From NCBI GenBank assembly GCA_002633005.1, contig NMRA01000007.1, positions 1,068,362 through 1,132,361 on the forward strand: DNA of 64,000 nt, given 5' to 3'. This DNA comes from Phoronis australis (taxonomy: Eukaryota; Animalia; Phoronida). The position numbers and the translations under genes are program-made. How positions within the stretch are numbered: position 1 is the stretch's first letter; each line of letters opens with the position of its first letter. Below the pieces are notes generated by a model. The model ran no database searches. It had not been told where the DNA came from and was given only the letters and a program-made list of their open reading frames with translations. Below are positions 49,084 through 61,285 of the stretch, piece by piece.

Positions 49084-50370
49084 CTATATTTTTGTATAAC
49101 GAGGTATATCTAGTGCGTATTTCTTGTTACGTCGAATCTGATGAACTTGCCGTCCCATAAAGTGAGCTTTCATTCTCTCCCAGTGTGATCTAATCTTTGC
49201 TGGTGGCAGTTCAAAACAAAACGACATACATTCTTCGCATGTTGCTATTGTTTCTGGGTTTCTCAAGAACTCCTGCCCGGTTCGGATAAACACAATCCTG
49301 TCCGTGCTAACGAGAGGAATTCGAAGTTTTTTGGCAACGAGGCTTAGATAAACGTCGTCATGGTCAACGGCCTGTATATAGTTCATAGCAATGTTCATGT
49401 CCTGTGTGTATTGCATATTGAATATTAGAGTACCACCGGGGGCAATGGGAGGGTAGTCAGAAAAGGGGTACGTCTCTGGAGAAACAGACAGTTTCTTACT
49501 TGTATCATTGATTCTGTATGGCTTGTAATAACCTTTGAACCATCCCATATGAAGTCTTTTCATTTGAACAATGAAAGGGGAACTCAACGTGTTAACTGTG
49601 TTCCACGGGTTTAAAAGAACGTCGTCGTCAGAAAAAATAACGTATTTAGCATTGGCACAATGTTTAGTAGTCCACTGTATGGCCATCATAACTTTCAAAG
49701 TTGATCTTTCGTAGCTATCGATGAAGCCCATTTGAAGTATATCGTGGTTAATCTTATGCTCCTTCTCAACGTTCCTATCCGCTTTGTTGGAGGCAGATCT
49801 TGCTATGAGAAATACTCGCTTCAGCTTAACTCCAGGTAAAACTTTCTCGTTGCCCCAAGTTTGTCGAATAGCTTGACGGCGATCAAGGGCAAGCGGCGTA
49901 GATTTCACGAGATAAATCATAAACGGCGGAATATTATCGTCGCACGCAGGAGGATGTAAAAGAATGTCTTGGTGGATCACGTTGAGTGGACGAATGTCAG
50001 TTTTGTGGCCATTCCGTACGTGGTAAATAATGTCATCCAAATCCACATTAATTGGGTAATGATGAAACAAAGCAAGAGAGTTGTTCGCTGATCCAGGATA
50101 AAATTTGGCTCCCGGCGGATCAAAAATTCTTTTCACGTGCCATACTTTTTCTCGCTTCCTTGATATCCAGGTTTTTGTATCCATGTTCCAAAACAAACTC
50201 ATGGCCACAATAAAGGTACAGAATACCGAGACCAAAAATTTAGTACAAGTTACTTTGAAAAAAGGCATTTGTGCCCGAGCTCCGTTTGTCAAATGCAGTA
50301 GTGGAGAAGTGTAATTACAGAGCACACACACTGTCAGCTGTGTTTGGTTTATACGAACGATCGAGTACAT
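49084..50370 (-). CDS. GT31 beta-1,3-glycosyltransferase paralog; true start probably ATG 50268 (MPFFKV..., 394 aa)
   Basis: Collinear with 30866-32032 (KVWHVKRI, LFHHYP, GHKTDIRP, RRQAIRQTWG, DDDVLLNPWN, VDHDDVYL); MPFF aligns with the paralog start just before the TM segment. Confidence 0.92.
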   Translation of the reverse strand: MYSIVRINQTQLTVCVLCNYTSPLLHLTNGARAQMPFFKVTCTKFLVSVFCTFIVAMSLFWNMDTKTWISRKREKVWHVKRIFDPPGAKFYPGSANNSLALFHHYPINVDLDDIIYHVRNGHKTDIRPLNVIHQDILLHPPACDDNIPPFMIYLVKSTPLALDRRQAIRQTWGNEKVLPGVKLKRVFLIARSASNKADRNVEKEHKINHDILQMGFIDSYERSTLKVMMAIQWTTKHCANAKYVIFSDDDVLLNPWNTVNTLSSPFIVQMKRLHMGWFKGYYKPYRINDTSKKLSVSPETYPFSDYPPIAPGGTLIFNMQYTQDMNIAMNYIQAVDHDDVYLSLVAKKLRIPLVSTDRIVFIRTGQEFLRNPETIATCEECMSFCFELPPAKIRSHWERMKAHFMGRQVHQIRRNKKYALDIPRYTKI

Positions 50371-50371
50371 A

Positions 50372-51125
50372 CAGGGTACGGTGTTTATTCTATTAATTCG
50401 TACACTGTATTAGTTCGTACAGGACCCTTGAAACATGCCGTTTGTCTCCAATAGTTCGTACAGTAGGCGTCCGAGGGAAAAATAGTTCGTACACATATTT
50501 GCATCGGAGAAATAATTCGTACAAGCTTTTTGGGTCGGTAAAACGATAATTTTCATTCTTATAAAAGAACACAAATCAATAAGCGCCAATTCTAATCAGG
50601 TGATCGTAACCCGTTATTTGCTTTACTACACTAGCATAGAGCTCGAAAAGTCGTTTTTCAGATCGCCATTTTTGGCAACAGAAAATGGGGAAATAGCGCT
50701 AAGATTTTCCAGAATGTCATAACGGCGGATTTTCCCAACAAGGATCTGTTACCCCAGATTAGTACTACAGGAATAAATTTACAAAACTGCGGAGGAACAG
50801 TACCGTGCTGTCCCGTAGTCTTGTTAGAGCTGATTCCGGTGACAGTAGTGCGCAGACAACACATGACTATGCAGTGCTCCAGTTTGATTGCAACTTTTCT
50901 CACGTGGCGAAGTTCGCGCGTGCAATCTTGAAGATGAGAACCGGAGGTAAGCGGACATGAGCCAGTCGTCAATCAAAAGTTACTGCAAGGGCATTACTCA
51001 ATAGCCAAGTATTTGCTTAATATTTTATGACAGTGGGGGTCTTAGGGAAAAAATACTTCGTACAGTAGGTGGTCGAGCGAAAAATAGTTTGTACACGTAT
51101 CTTTGTCGGTAAAAATAACTTGTAA
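50372..51125. repeat. Transposon-like fragment with dispersed (aa)tagttcgtac(a) motifs immediately upstream of GT31 paralog 2
   Basis: Motif recurs at ~50395, 50410, 50452, 50483, 50514, 51055 and 51085. Confidence 0.5.
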
Positions 51126-51465
51126 TCAAATCGCCAATTATTCGGGTAATCGGTGACTAGCTCTAACCAGCAATGCCTACTCAGCGAGTACGCGCTAGTT
51201 CGGTGTCGGTTGTAATCAATTCGGCGCTAGACATGCGCTACCTGAAATTTGGAAATGCGAGCCGAGACTAGTCATTTCGTATCAAGTCGCACATGCGACC
51301 TGGAAATTCCTAAGAACGCGAGCCTAGACTAGCTTTTGGCGGCAAGTCACCTGTCACTCACATATGTTGCTGTCAATGTAACTTGCACTCCAGCGATTCA
51401 AGCGTGGGAACATACACTTCAAAGTCGCACATCCACGAGAATACCGACAGTGCTGAGAGATTATA

Positions 51466-51626
51466 CCTGCCTCCCATTCATTAACGCTAGGACCTCGCTA
51501 AAAACGAGACTTCGCGAGATTCTTGACGTGAGATATTGTCACGTATTTTAAATGAGAGCACGTGACTTTGGCTAGATTTTAGCTAGGTCCTAGTGTAGGT
51601 CCTAGCGTCACTGAACGCACACCTGC
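51466..51626. mobile_element. ~150-bp MITE family, copy 3
   Basis: Reverse complement of 15422-15580. Confidence 0.75.
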
Positions 51627-54600
51627 TCGACTCTGTACCAGTTAAGTTTCAGCGACCCAGGTGTTAATTTACTTAACAAGGAACTTAGACCCCGTGGGGT
51701 TATAAAAGACCCGTTGCTTTGCGATATTGATTGAGCCCAATGTTACCCAGAATCGCGTGGCTCTAGGCTCGATGTTCGAGGCCAGTAGCCACCTTCCAGC
51801 GATCTTTTTTATTCTTCTCTCCTTACAACCCCCTCCTACTAGCGCCAATTTTCATTTCCCAGGTCGCCAGTCTACCACGTAGATTTTTCAGGCTCGATTT
51901 TATGGGAAGAATTTTGTTCCGGCTAAAGCTGGCCAGTGTAGAAACAAAATTATTCGGGTGGCTATACACTGCAGGTAGGTGGAAACTATATCTACACAGA
52001 CAGGCCTAGGCGAAGCAGTTTGATCCAAGAAATTGTATCGTCGTAATAGCATTTCTCACTATTGCAGTCATTTCGTTTCTTATTGCCGCAAACATTCACA
52101 TATAGTATTCGTCTATAACATCTTTGATTTTTTAGGAAATACGGTAAGCGCCTACTGCTCTACTAAGCTAAGTTTTGAGAAATTTCAATTAAGCACCAGG
52201 GCACACAACAACAACTGCCAGCGACATTGATAAAATCTGCTAACGCAAAACATGGCTTGCATTTTTTTATTATTTCAAGATCACACACAAATACCCAGTA
52301 ACCGTAGGCAGCAAATTAACCCTGTGAGGCACACTGTCCTTTCCGTCGCCACGGCATCCGCGGTAACCCGGCAAAATACATTTCCAGAAAACTAAGTCGG
52401 GGAAATTTCATCAAAGTAGGGAGAACCTGACACCTTTCCGTGAGGTATGAGAATTGTTCAAAATCCGAGAGCTTCCCTTCTAAATCGAATTGGGAGTGTT
52501 GGCAAAACCACCGTCACATTTCTGTGGCCTGATTTTTTGAATGCGTGTTTTATCTATTGCACTGCAGTCGGAAAATAAGTGCAGGAGACGACATTGCAGA
52601 AAGCGGAGGTTCCGAAGGCGGCGTGGTTCCTGAAGTTTGTGAACTTGGGACTGAGAAAATAAAGTGACAAAGAGTTCAAGTATTGTATTTTGAAATAAAT
52701 CCATCACTCAAACAATTTCAATATGGTTGCGGTATCGTGAAGCAGACACGTTTCTAAGCTGAATTCTCGGCATACTTTACTCAGCATAATAGTGAATTTT
52801 TGTGCAATAGTTGGGTGCTCGAGTAGGGGTGACAGAGATGTTTCGTAGTTCTATCGTTTTCCAAATGATATTGACCATCAAGGGGAATAAACCGAAGGGT
52901 AGTCTCGGAATAGGGCAGTCGAACCAATTTTTTTCCTTTTGAAGAAATTCTTCAATATCATCGGAAAGATAATGCCTCCCACACAACAAAATATCAAATT
53001 CGGGTTGAGTAATGCAAAAATATTGCAACTTTTGTGGCGAAATTTGGGTCACTTGTTTGGATCGGTTCGGCCATCTTGGACGACAGCGGCATAAGTAACG
53101 AGTCTAAAACTCTTTATAAATTATTTTCACCAATAGTTTACAGGGAAATTTATTGAGACATATCTTGACCTACTATTCTGTACGATTCGATGCCTTTTAC
53201 TAGAATTAAGTCACGCAGATGTTACTTATTGAGAGATCAAGAGCTCACAATACAGACACGTTCAACCGGCTACTTTGTAATCCGTGAAGATTTAACCATG
53301 ATACACTTTGATAAACGCTTTTATAAAAAAGCAACGCTGTACAGTTTTCAGGCTTTTGTGCTAAAAATATAAGGAAGATTCATTATTTCACTGTGAATTG
53401 CCCATTCATTTGAAAATTCATAAATTTCAAAAGCGTCAAATTTATCTTCGCGCCCACAATTCTTCGGTTACACGCCCACAATTCTTCGGTTACATGTATA
53501 CAATCGATTGGTGCTTTATTTAGAAGGGGGTTGGGCTCTCAAAATTGGACGAAGGAAATTTTATTTTCATTTTTTGATGTGGGATTTTCCGATTCATAAA
53601 TTAAAATATTACTAAAATGAGACTTGTTCTGATTCAAGAATTTTGACCTTATTTTCACACCTTTTTATTGAGCCTATTCTATTGCCGAAATAAGGCAAAA
53701 TTGGTCAATTGCCGATACCGTCCATTTAGCGTGGGGTGAATTTTGAACTCGAGGTCGAGTGCAAACGTCCCGTGGTGTATGAAAATATAGTTGAAGTCCG
53801 AGCAAATTTTTTGAAATTAGGACAGTGGATGTTTCTGGACCAATTAATGAGAGTTTTATTTCACAAATTAACTTTTCACGGGCGTTAAAATTTTTAAACT
53901 TGAGCAATATGTTCCCCCGTTTCTTTGTCCCTATGTTGCTATGTTCCCCGCCTCGATTTTCCCCCATTTCGATGGCGGAATTTTATAAGGTGCTAAGCCT
54001 CCGATAAATGGCAATAATGGTCATACGTAAGCCGATCACCAGCAGCGAACAACTCGCGCTAACTCAGCACGCTATCCTTAACCATCGCCTTTGCTTGTCC
54101 AACACGGATACTGATGACGTAATTTCAAACACTCCATACCGAATGACCATTGCAATTGTCGTTTTTTTACTTATTTTGACAAGAAATCACTGGGTTGCCT
54201 GGAACGGTTCCTCACGAGTCTCGCTTTTTGAACAAAAACGAAAATGAAGCAGTAAATTTAGACTTCATTTGATAACTCGAACTTACAGCTTTAACGCTGG
54301 GGTCATCAGGTGCAAACTAGGATTAGACAGTCCTCCACGTAAACCATAAAATACCCAATATACTCAAGCAAAGAATAAGAGACACTGGTGAATTCATGGT
54401 ATCATTTTCCATCTAGTAGCCTATATCAACTGGCAAAAGTGCAATCACGCAGCCAGGAGCGCGACAGATGTTCTTTTTGTAGTAACACTGTGTTCAATAA
54501 GACATTTGAGGCATTTATTAGCACAGAGCGACTATTGATTAATATTTTCCACACGTGTTTCAAGCAATTAAGAACTTCAACATAATATAGAATTAATATG

Positions 54601-55856
54601 AAGGTTTATTTATATGTGCATTAACTGGAACAAAACAGAGGTTCAAGAGCATGAACAGGGGTACGTCGTTGGTGTACGAGCGCCCGTAATCAAGAGAAGT
54701 AATATTTTGATGTAATTGTCCGAACGTACGTGTACCTTCTCTGCCCCTCCAGTAACTACCATAAATGCTACGATGATCGTTTTTGGGATGTGCGTCGACC
54801 GTACATTGAAATAGAGTTTGTAAACATTTTCATAGAATTTTAAACGCGTTAACTGTGACTTGTTCCCTAATCCAACTAATACTGACCTTTCTCCAAATCT
54901 CTGAAAAGTACTTGTTCGCGTCTGAGAGAAAGGTTTATGGGAAACTTAAAATTGAAAGCGCCACACGTCTCTACGTCTGAGTATGCTTTCTCGCTAGCTA
55001 CTTTACTGAGAGTTTGCACTCTTCCCATACCAGCGTTCCCAGTGCTACCATTTCCGTGCGCTGTGACAGAGGGTAGATTTCCCACTGGTCATCGCGCAGA
55101 CGACTCCACACGGGTTATTTGTTAAAAAGTTCTGTGACGTCATATACTGTCTTGATGGAAAATTGTTCAGGGAAGTGTGACCTAAAGTTTGAACCCTTTC
55201 ATCGGTACCTTGACATTTTGAATTTGAGTACTTAGCGCACTCTATATCGCGTATTTAGCAACACTTTTGTAAATTTCTTGTGCAATTCCCACGGTTGTTC
55301 AGCGTGCTATTGAACGTATGTCCAAAAAGGTGAAGCGTTACATGTAACAAGATTTTGTTGCCAAGTTCATTTTTAAGGAATATTTCAAATTTGCGTCAAA
55401 AATCCCTCACCGCTTTTCAATCAATCTTATTAAGAGGCCTGCAACGAGTTAAACAGACGAAGTTGCAATATTGAAAGCGGTTATCTGCCACTGAAACAGA
55501 ATTGAACCTGCTCACCAGGTATTTTTATGGTTTGTTCGTAAAGATTTCTATTTTCTGTTCATATCAAAGCATTTTCTTTTAGTTTCATATTTAAAAAAGC
55601 CATCTGTCAACTGTTCGCCACTTCGTCGATTTTTCTTCCACAAGGCTAAGCACGCCTCCTTATTTGGTATGGCAAGACATAGGCGTAGTACATTTCCCTT
55701 ATTTGACCTCACAGGCCCGTAGGAAGGCAAAAATTATTGGGGGGGGGACACAAACCATTTCGACGTCGCCAAATAACACGCCACCACCTCCGCTACCCCC
55801 CCCCCCCCCCCCTCGCTCCCGTCCTTCCGATGCCACCATATTTATACAGAATCTCC

Positions 55857-56013
55857 CACGTGGGGAGTTAGGGGGCCAAGAGGCAATGACCCCCCTAAAA
55901 TTCTCCCAGATTTCATTTGGCAGTTTGGAGGTGCCAATTTCTGACTGGTAAAACCCTGACTAATACTCTGCCCTACCCCCCCCTCCCCACTCAAAATCAT
56001 GGATCCGCCTCTC
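55857..56013 (+). mobile_element. MITE of the 36070 family (degenerate)
   Basis: Collinear with 36070-36228. Confidence 0.65.
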
Positions 56014-58151
56014 GAACAATCCCGGGGGTCCAGCCATTAAGAATTGAGTAACCGTGAACCAACACGGAGAATAAGAATGGGCTTAGGACCAGTACACTGA
56101 CCTGTAGCGAGGAGTTGCCTCAAGTAGATAGCTGAGATCTAACTGTGAAAATACGAAATTCCCGATGAACTAAAGCTAGTTGCTGGTCAGCTCAACTATG
56201 ATTCACTTGAGACAGGCAGCTCGTACCGGCCGTCTGCGTTCGTTCTAAGGTCAAGATTTGTTATGTTGTGATCCAGTTTCTGGAAAACTATATTTTACTA
56301 TGGTCATTCTTTGAAAGTTTTTTTGAAAAGATATGGGGTCCCGAAGTCCCTGGTATAGTGCCTTTGGGGTTGTTTCAAAATCCCCAGTTGAAACACGACC
56401 GTTTTTTCAGTTTCTGGTGGCTGGGGAAAACGATCATAGTGTGTTCCAAAAATGTACACACTTCCTGAACACTTGCAGTTCGAATTCATTCCTTGTGGTT
56501 ATCACTGAGAGTCTGCACGTCCTACTGCATGGTTACATGTTATTTTTAACGTGGATACGTCAATAAGGAAAAGCAATCAATTCAGGTTTGAAGAAAAAAA
56601 TTCATTACTCAATGCTACTGGAAACTAAAAACACCAAGGAACTGCGATGACAACCTTTCCAAGAAATGAGTTTAATTTTATTTATTTAAGGATTTTTAAA
56701 ACGTTTTTTTTTCTATCTACAGTTTGTGTGTACGAATTTCATCAGTGTCTTTGAGAGTTATTCTAGATATGCAAAAATCGACTAAGTGTACTTTACTATT
56801 TGGGGATCGGATTATAGAGTTTTTCCAACTTCAGGCAGCAATTAAATTCACTGAATTATCACCAATTCTTACAAAATTAGCTTCTAATTGTCAAAAATCA
56901 TCTATGAATCTATCGATGTTCGTAGACACATAAACAAGTAAATCAGAAACCAACGAATTTTTTTATCAAACAGGAATGTTATGCGCAATTTCCGCATGCA
57001 TGCTCGCAGACTTTTGACGGGTAACCGGGGGAATATGGGAGATGGGGTATTCGTATTAATGTGTGTTTTCAGAGGTACCTTTAACGGTTCACGAGGTAAA
57101 CTTTAACTTCACTGACAAAAAAAAACGTTGAAATCGTTGTTTATGATTGATTGAGTTCTTTGAGTACCCCTTTCGACGTGCACACGATCATTACAAATAG
57201 CAGCCTAGACAGCAGTGTTTTCCACAAGTGTGAATTCCTTACAAACAACTCATAATAAAACTCGTCAAGAAATACTATTCTTGTGATACTACCGGAAACA
57301 GTAACATTATTTTATAACTAACCATCGGAAATGGTCATTTTGTCTAATTCACATGTAGTGGTCTTTACGTTCTTCAAAATTTCACCCTTTCGATGGCGGC
57401 AATCCTACTGTATATTTTCAAATTATTGATTGTTTGGGTCGATTGTCAGTGCTGTGCAAGTATGTTTTGTGTTTTTTTTTTTGATGAATTTGGAATCTCA
57501 GCTTCCCTCGTGAATACTTGGCAGTGTCGGGATTACATACAGGGGTTAGTGGGCTATTCTATATTTATGGTCATGACCATGGATATAGAGTGTCTACCTA
57601 TGTACCGCTATTCCATATTAAGGTCATGACCACGGATTTAGATTGTCTATATTTATATAGCGAGCTACGACACTTAGTATAACCAAAACATAGGAACTAG
57701 CGCCTGTACTTTGTCTAACAAGTGGGTGAGACGAACTCTTTCGGGAATATTTTTTTCTATTTGGATTTGATGTCTTACACCTTGAAGCTTGTAATGCACC
57801 AAGGTCAGTCAATGAATGTATATTGTGTTTATTGAAATACCTTTAGGCAATCATTAGTTTTAGCAGAATTATTAAAGTTTGACTTGTGGCAATATTGCGT
57901 AGCGTTTTAAGACACATGTTCATATTGACGTCATTCAGCATTTAATTCCAAAATTCAATGCGCCACTGCCACGGATATTCGTCAAGTTTCATATATGTAA
58001 CCCCCCTCTTGTTGCAACAACTAACTACACATGGTTTCTAGAAAGTTTTAATGTTTCAATTTACGTTTAGCAACTATAAGAGACGAAACGTGAAGTAATT
58101 ACAGAAATTCATCAGCAGTAATAGAATGGCTGCAGGACGGGATTGAACTGG

Positions 58152-58741
58152 AACCCTCTGGTACACACTTCGGGCCGGCAGGTGGCACTAGTGAATTATT
58201 AATTAAAATGCGTTTGCCTGACTTATTTGAATGAATCTATGCAATATTTCTGATGCTAAAATGTTTAGTGCCGCTGATTACAAATTGTTGTGTCGCCTCT
58301 CCCTCCCAGAAGTCCGTGCCCTGACTGTTGCATACTTCTGTAGGCATTATACATTGCTCCTTGCTTGTTCAAAGGCTTAGTTTTGCCCCTCACATTTACC
58401 GTCAATCTTAATGAAGTTGTACGTAACAAAATAGACATTGTGTAGNAACCCTCTGGTACAACACTTCGGGCCGGCAGGTGGCACCAGTGAATTATTAATT
58501 AAAATGCGTTTGCCTGACTTATTTGAATGAATCTATGCAATATTTCTGATGCTAAAATGTTTAGTGCCGCTGATTACAAATTGTTGTGTCGCCTCTCCCT
58601 CCCAGAAGTCCGTGCCCTGACTGTTGCATACTTCTGTAGGCATTATACATTGCTCCTTGCTTGTTCAAAGGCTTAGTTTTGCCCCTCACATTTACCGTCA
58701 ATCTTAATGAAGTTGTACGTAACAAAATAGACATTGTGTAG
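58152..58741. repeat. ~294-bp near-perfect direct duplication separated by a single N (likely assembly artefact)
   Basis: 58152-58445 equals 58447-58741 apart from one indel; n at 58446. Confidence 0.85.
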
Positions 58742-59094
58742 TGTTCGTCTTCTTCACTGTAGTAATCATATTTTCTAAACTTAGAATAAGTAATGCTTGT
58801 GTAAAAATCTCGCACCTCCATTTTGGTTGATATGAATTCTGATGAGACTGATCATCGTTCACATTTATCCGTCTGATCATCGTTTACAGCATTATTCCTA
58901 GGATCGTTTTTGGTCAGTGACAAGAATTCGTATAAATCACTGGGGTTGATGAAAAAACTTAGATTCTATATTACACCATTCGTTAATATTAACTCCTATC
59001 AACATCTTATAACATGTCATACCATTCTTAGAAACAGTCGAAATTTATCTATTTTAAAGAATCATTTGTAATAAATTTTATCAACCATAATTGA

Positions 59095-59197
59095 TTGTGT
59101 GCCCCTGTCGTGCACGGGCAGACATACTGTCTGTGTACACCTGTCGTGCACGCGCAGATATAGTGCCTGTGTGCACTTGTCCTGCACGCGCAGATAT
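59095..59197. repeat. 36-bp minisatellite, ~3 copies
   Basis: tgtgtgc(a/c)c(c/t)tgtc(g/c)tgcacg(g/c)gcaga(c/t)ata units. Confidence 0.8.
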
Positions 59198-61176
59198 ACA
59201 TGTATATAGAGGGACAAAGGGACATTCACCCCTAATTGCTTCACCGAGAGAGGGCACCGTCTGAAATGGGGCACCTTAAGATGAAAGGCTAAACATCATT
59301 AAGCTTGGGAAAAAGTGACAGTTCATTCCACCGTCGTGTGGTCCCAAAACGAGGCAGGTAGTGACCTCCTTCAACATGAAAGCACGATTTCACAAAAGCA
59401 GGAAAATAGAGGTAATCGATTCCAACAATGGGCCCTCCGTGAGCGGCCCCATAAGAATTTGTCAATAAAAACACAAAAAGTTGGCCACTTGAATGTCATC
59501 AATGGCCTCCTTCAAGGGCGGGGCTCCTAAATATGAAAATACATGTATATCAGAAAATGCGCGGTAATTGATGTTATCTGTCAGGTCATCAATTTTTCTC
59601 AAGTGATATACAGTTTCGAGAAAAAAATAAAGCGAAAGTAATTTCCGTTATCCCTTGCCAGACAGGGGACTCTGGAAAAATATAGTTTTTGCATTCGCAA
59701 AATTGACTTATTGAATTTAAACATCCAGTAAATTAGTACGCTCTGCAAAAGCTTCGCTTTACAAATGTTCTCGATTTTTCGAAATATATGTGTGCGTTTA
59801 GACGACCTGTGCTGCAAAAGCGAAGACCCTAACGACAGTGTCCTGGCCAGGGTCCTCAAAAGGTAAACCATGCACTGATGCAGATTTGTTAAATGTCCTC
59901 TTAAATTTTTTCTTTTATCCGTTTTTCGCAGTCTTTCTTTTCTCCACTGTCCCCGGCACCACGCCAATGTCGGTTGCCACGGTTTAACCCAGAAGCCTGA
60001 AAATTTTTGGGGGCGCCTGTGCCCCCCCCCCGCTTCCTATGACCTAGCTGATTCTCCAACATTTCGAGTGATCTCCGTCTCTCGGCTATTCGGTGGTCTA
60101 ATTAGACAAAGATCGGGTGGCGCACCAAAGGGGACAGGGGGGCTGTAGCTCCCCCCTCACTTTTTTCAGTGCTGCGCCGCCCATGTTAAATCCGTTGAAG
60201 AGCCCGTAACCTGAATTGATAATATAATTGTTAACCTATGCAGTTTTGGATGTAACTACCACCGTAGTACTGTGTTGTCGGACACCAGATAGCGCGCCGG
60301 GCAAAGTGAGCTTACTAGCAAGGCGGTACTTGAAAGTCACGTGGTTCAACGCGTAGGCCGAGTCATTTGGCCTCGCAGATTTTTGCGAAAACAAAAGCAA
60401 AAGAAAGCACATTCACGTAAGATAATCGAAATATTTTTATGAAAACACTCAGAGCAACTGTCGAAGAGTTGTCGCAGATAAATTCGAACACTTTTGTTCA
60501 CATTTACGCATTTTATTCTTGTTTCATAGTCGCCGATTGTATAATCTTAATTAAATGTTCCATTAGCATATATTTGTTCTGCGTTGTGATCAACCGCAGA
60601 TGTTGACAAGAATGTTTACTTAAATTTAATTGAACAAGAAGCGACATCTTTTGTCTGCTTAAAGCCCAAACACCTGGTGAAAATCCATTTTATGTGTAAA
60701 GCGTGACGTTCACATGATAATGAGTTATTCTTGAAGCACCTTTACTAATTTGAATTTTCGTATTCATTTTCAAAGTAAATGGATACAAGAACAACATGAA
60801 AATCATACAAACATGAGTGTTAATGTTACTATTTCTCTTAGCTTACCAACTGTTTTGGTGATATTTTTAGAAGACGAAATGATGCTCACCATATAAAGAC
60901 AGGTATGCTTTGGGAGGTTATGACGTGTCCAAGCATGGGTCGAAGTCGTTCCTATAATAATATTTCACAATGACAGATGGAACCACAGGCCGGAATTGAA
61001 AAAATACAATGTGCTGTCCATGATTCTTTCGATTGCTCAGTGGGTATACCAAGTTCACTGTAAACATTAAATACCAAGAAATCAATGAAAATTACAAAGT
61101 TTGAAAACACAGGAGCTAATAATATCTAAAGAACATAATGATCTTTCTTGTCTGGTGATGGCACATACAACGCTGG

Positions 61177-61285
61177 TCATAGTTCCAAAGTCCTATCCAG
61201 TGGTATGTCAACGGTGTTACCGAGTACAGGGTTGTCTGGTCGTCCAAATGATGGTTTTATGTTCATCCAATAGTCTTTGTTATTC
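61177..61285 (-). CDS. Possible terminal coding exon of an unidentified gene lying to the right
   Basis: Acceptor gcctttgtatcgttttaacag, then phase-2 frame NNKDYWMNIKPSFGRPDNPVLGNTVDIPLDRTLEL*, AT-rich UTR-like tract and AATAAA near 60512; no homology recognised. Confidence 0.25.

Noticed and set aside
50269-50370. 34-aa N-terminal extension of GT31 paralog 2
   Set aside because: It has no counterpart in the paralog and abuts a repeat; the downstream ATG at 50268 fits type II membrane topology better.
58152-58741. Recent biological tandem duplication
   Set aside because: Near-identical copies joined by a single N suggest an unmerged contig overlap; read-level data are needed.
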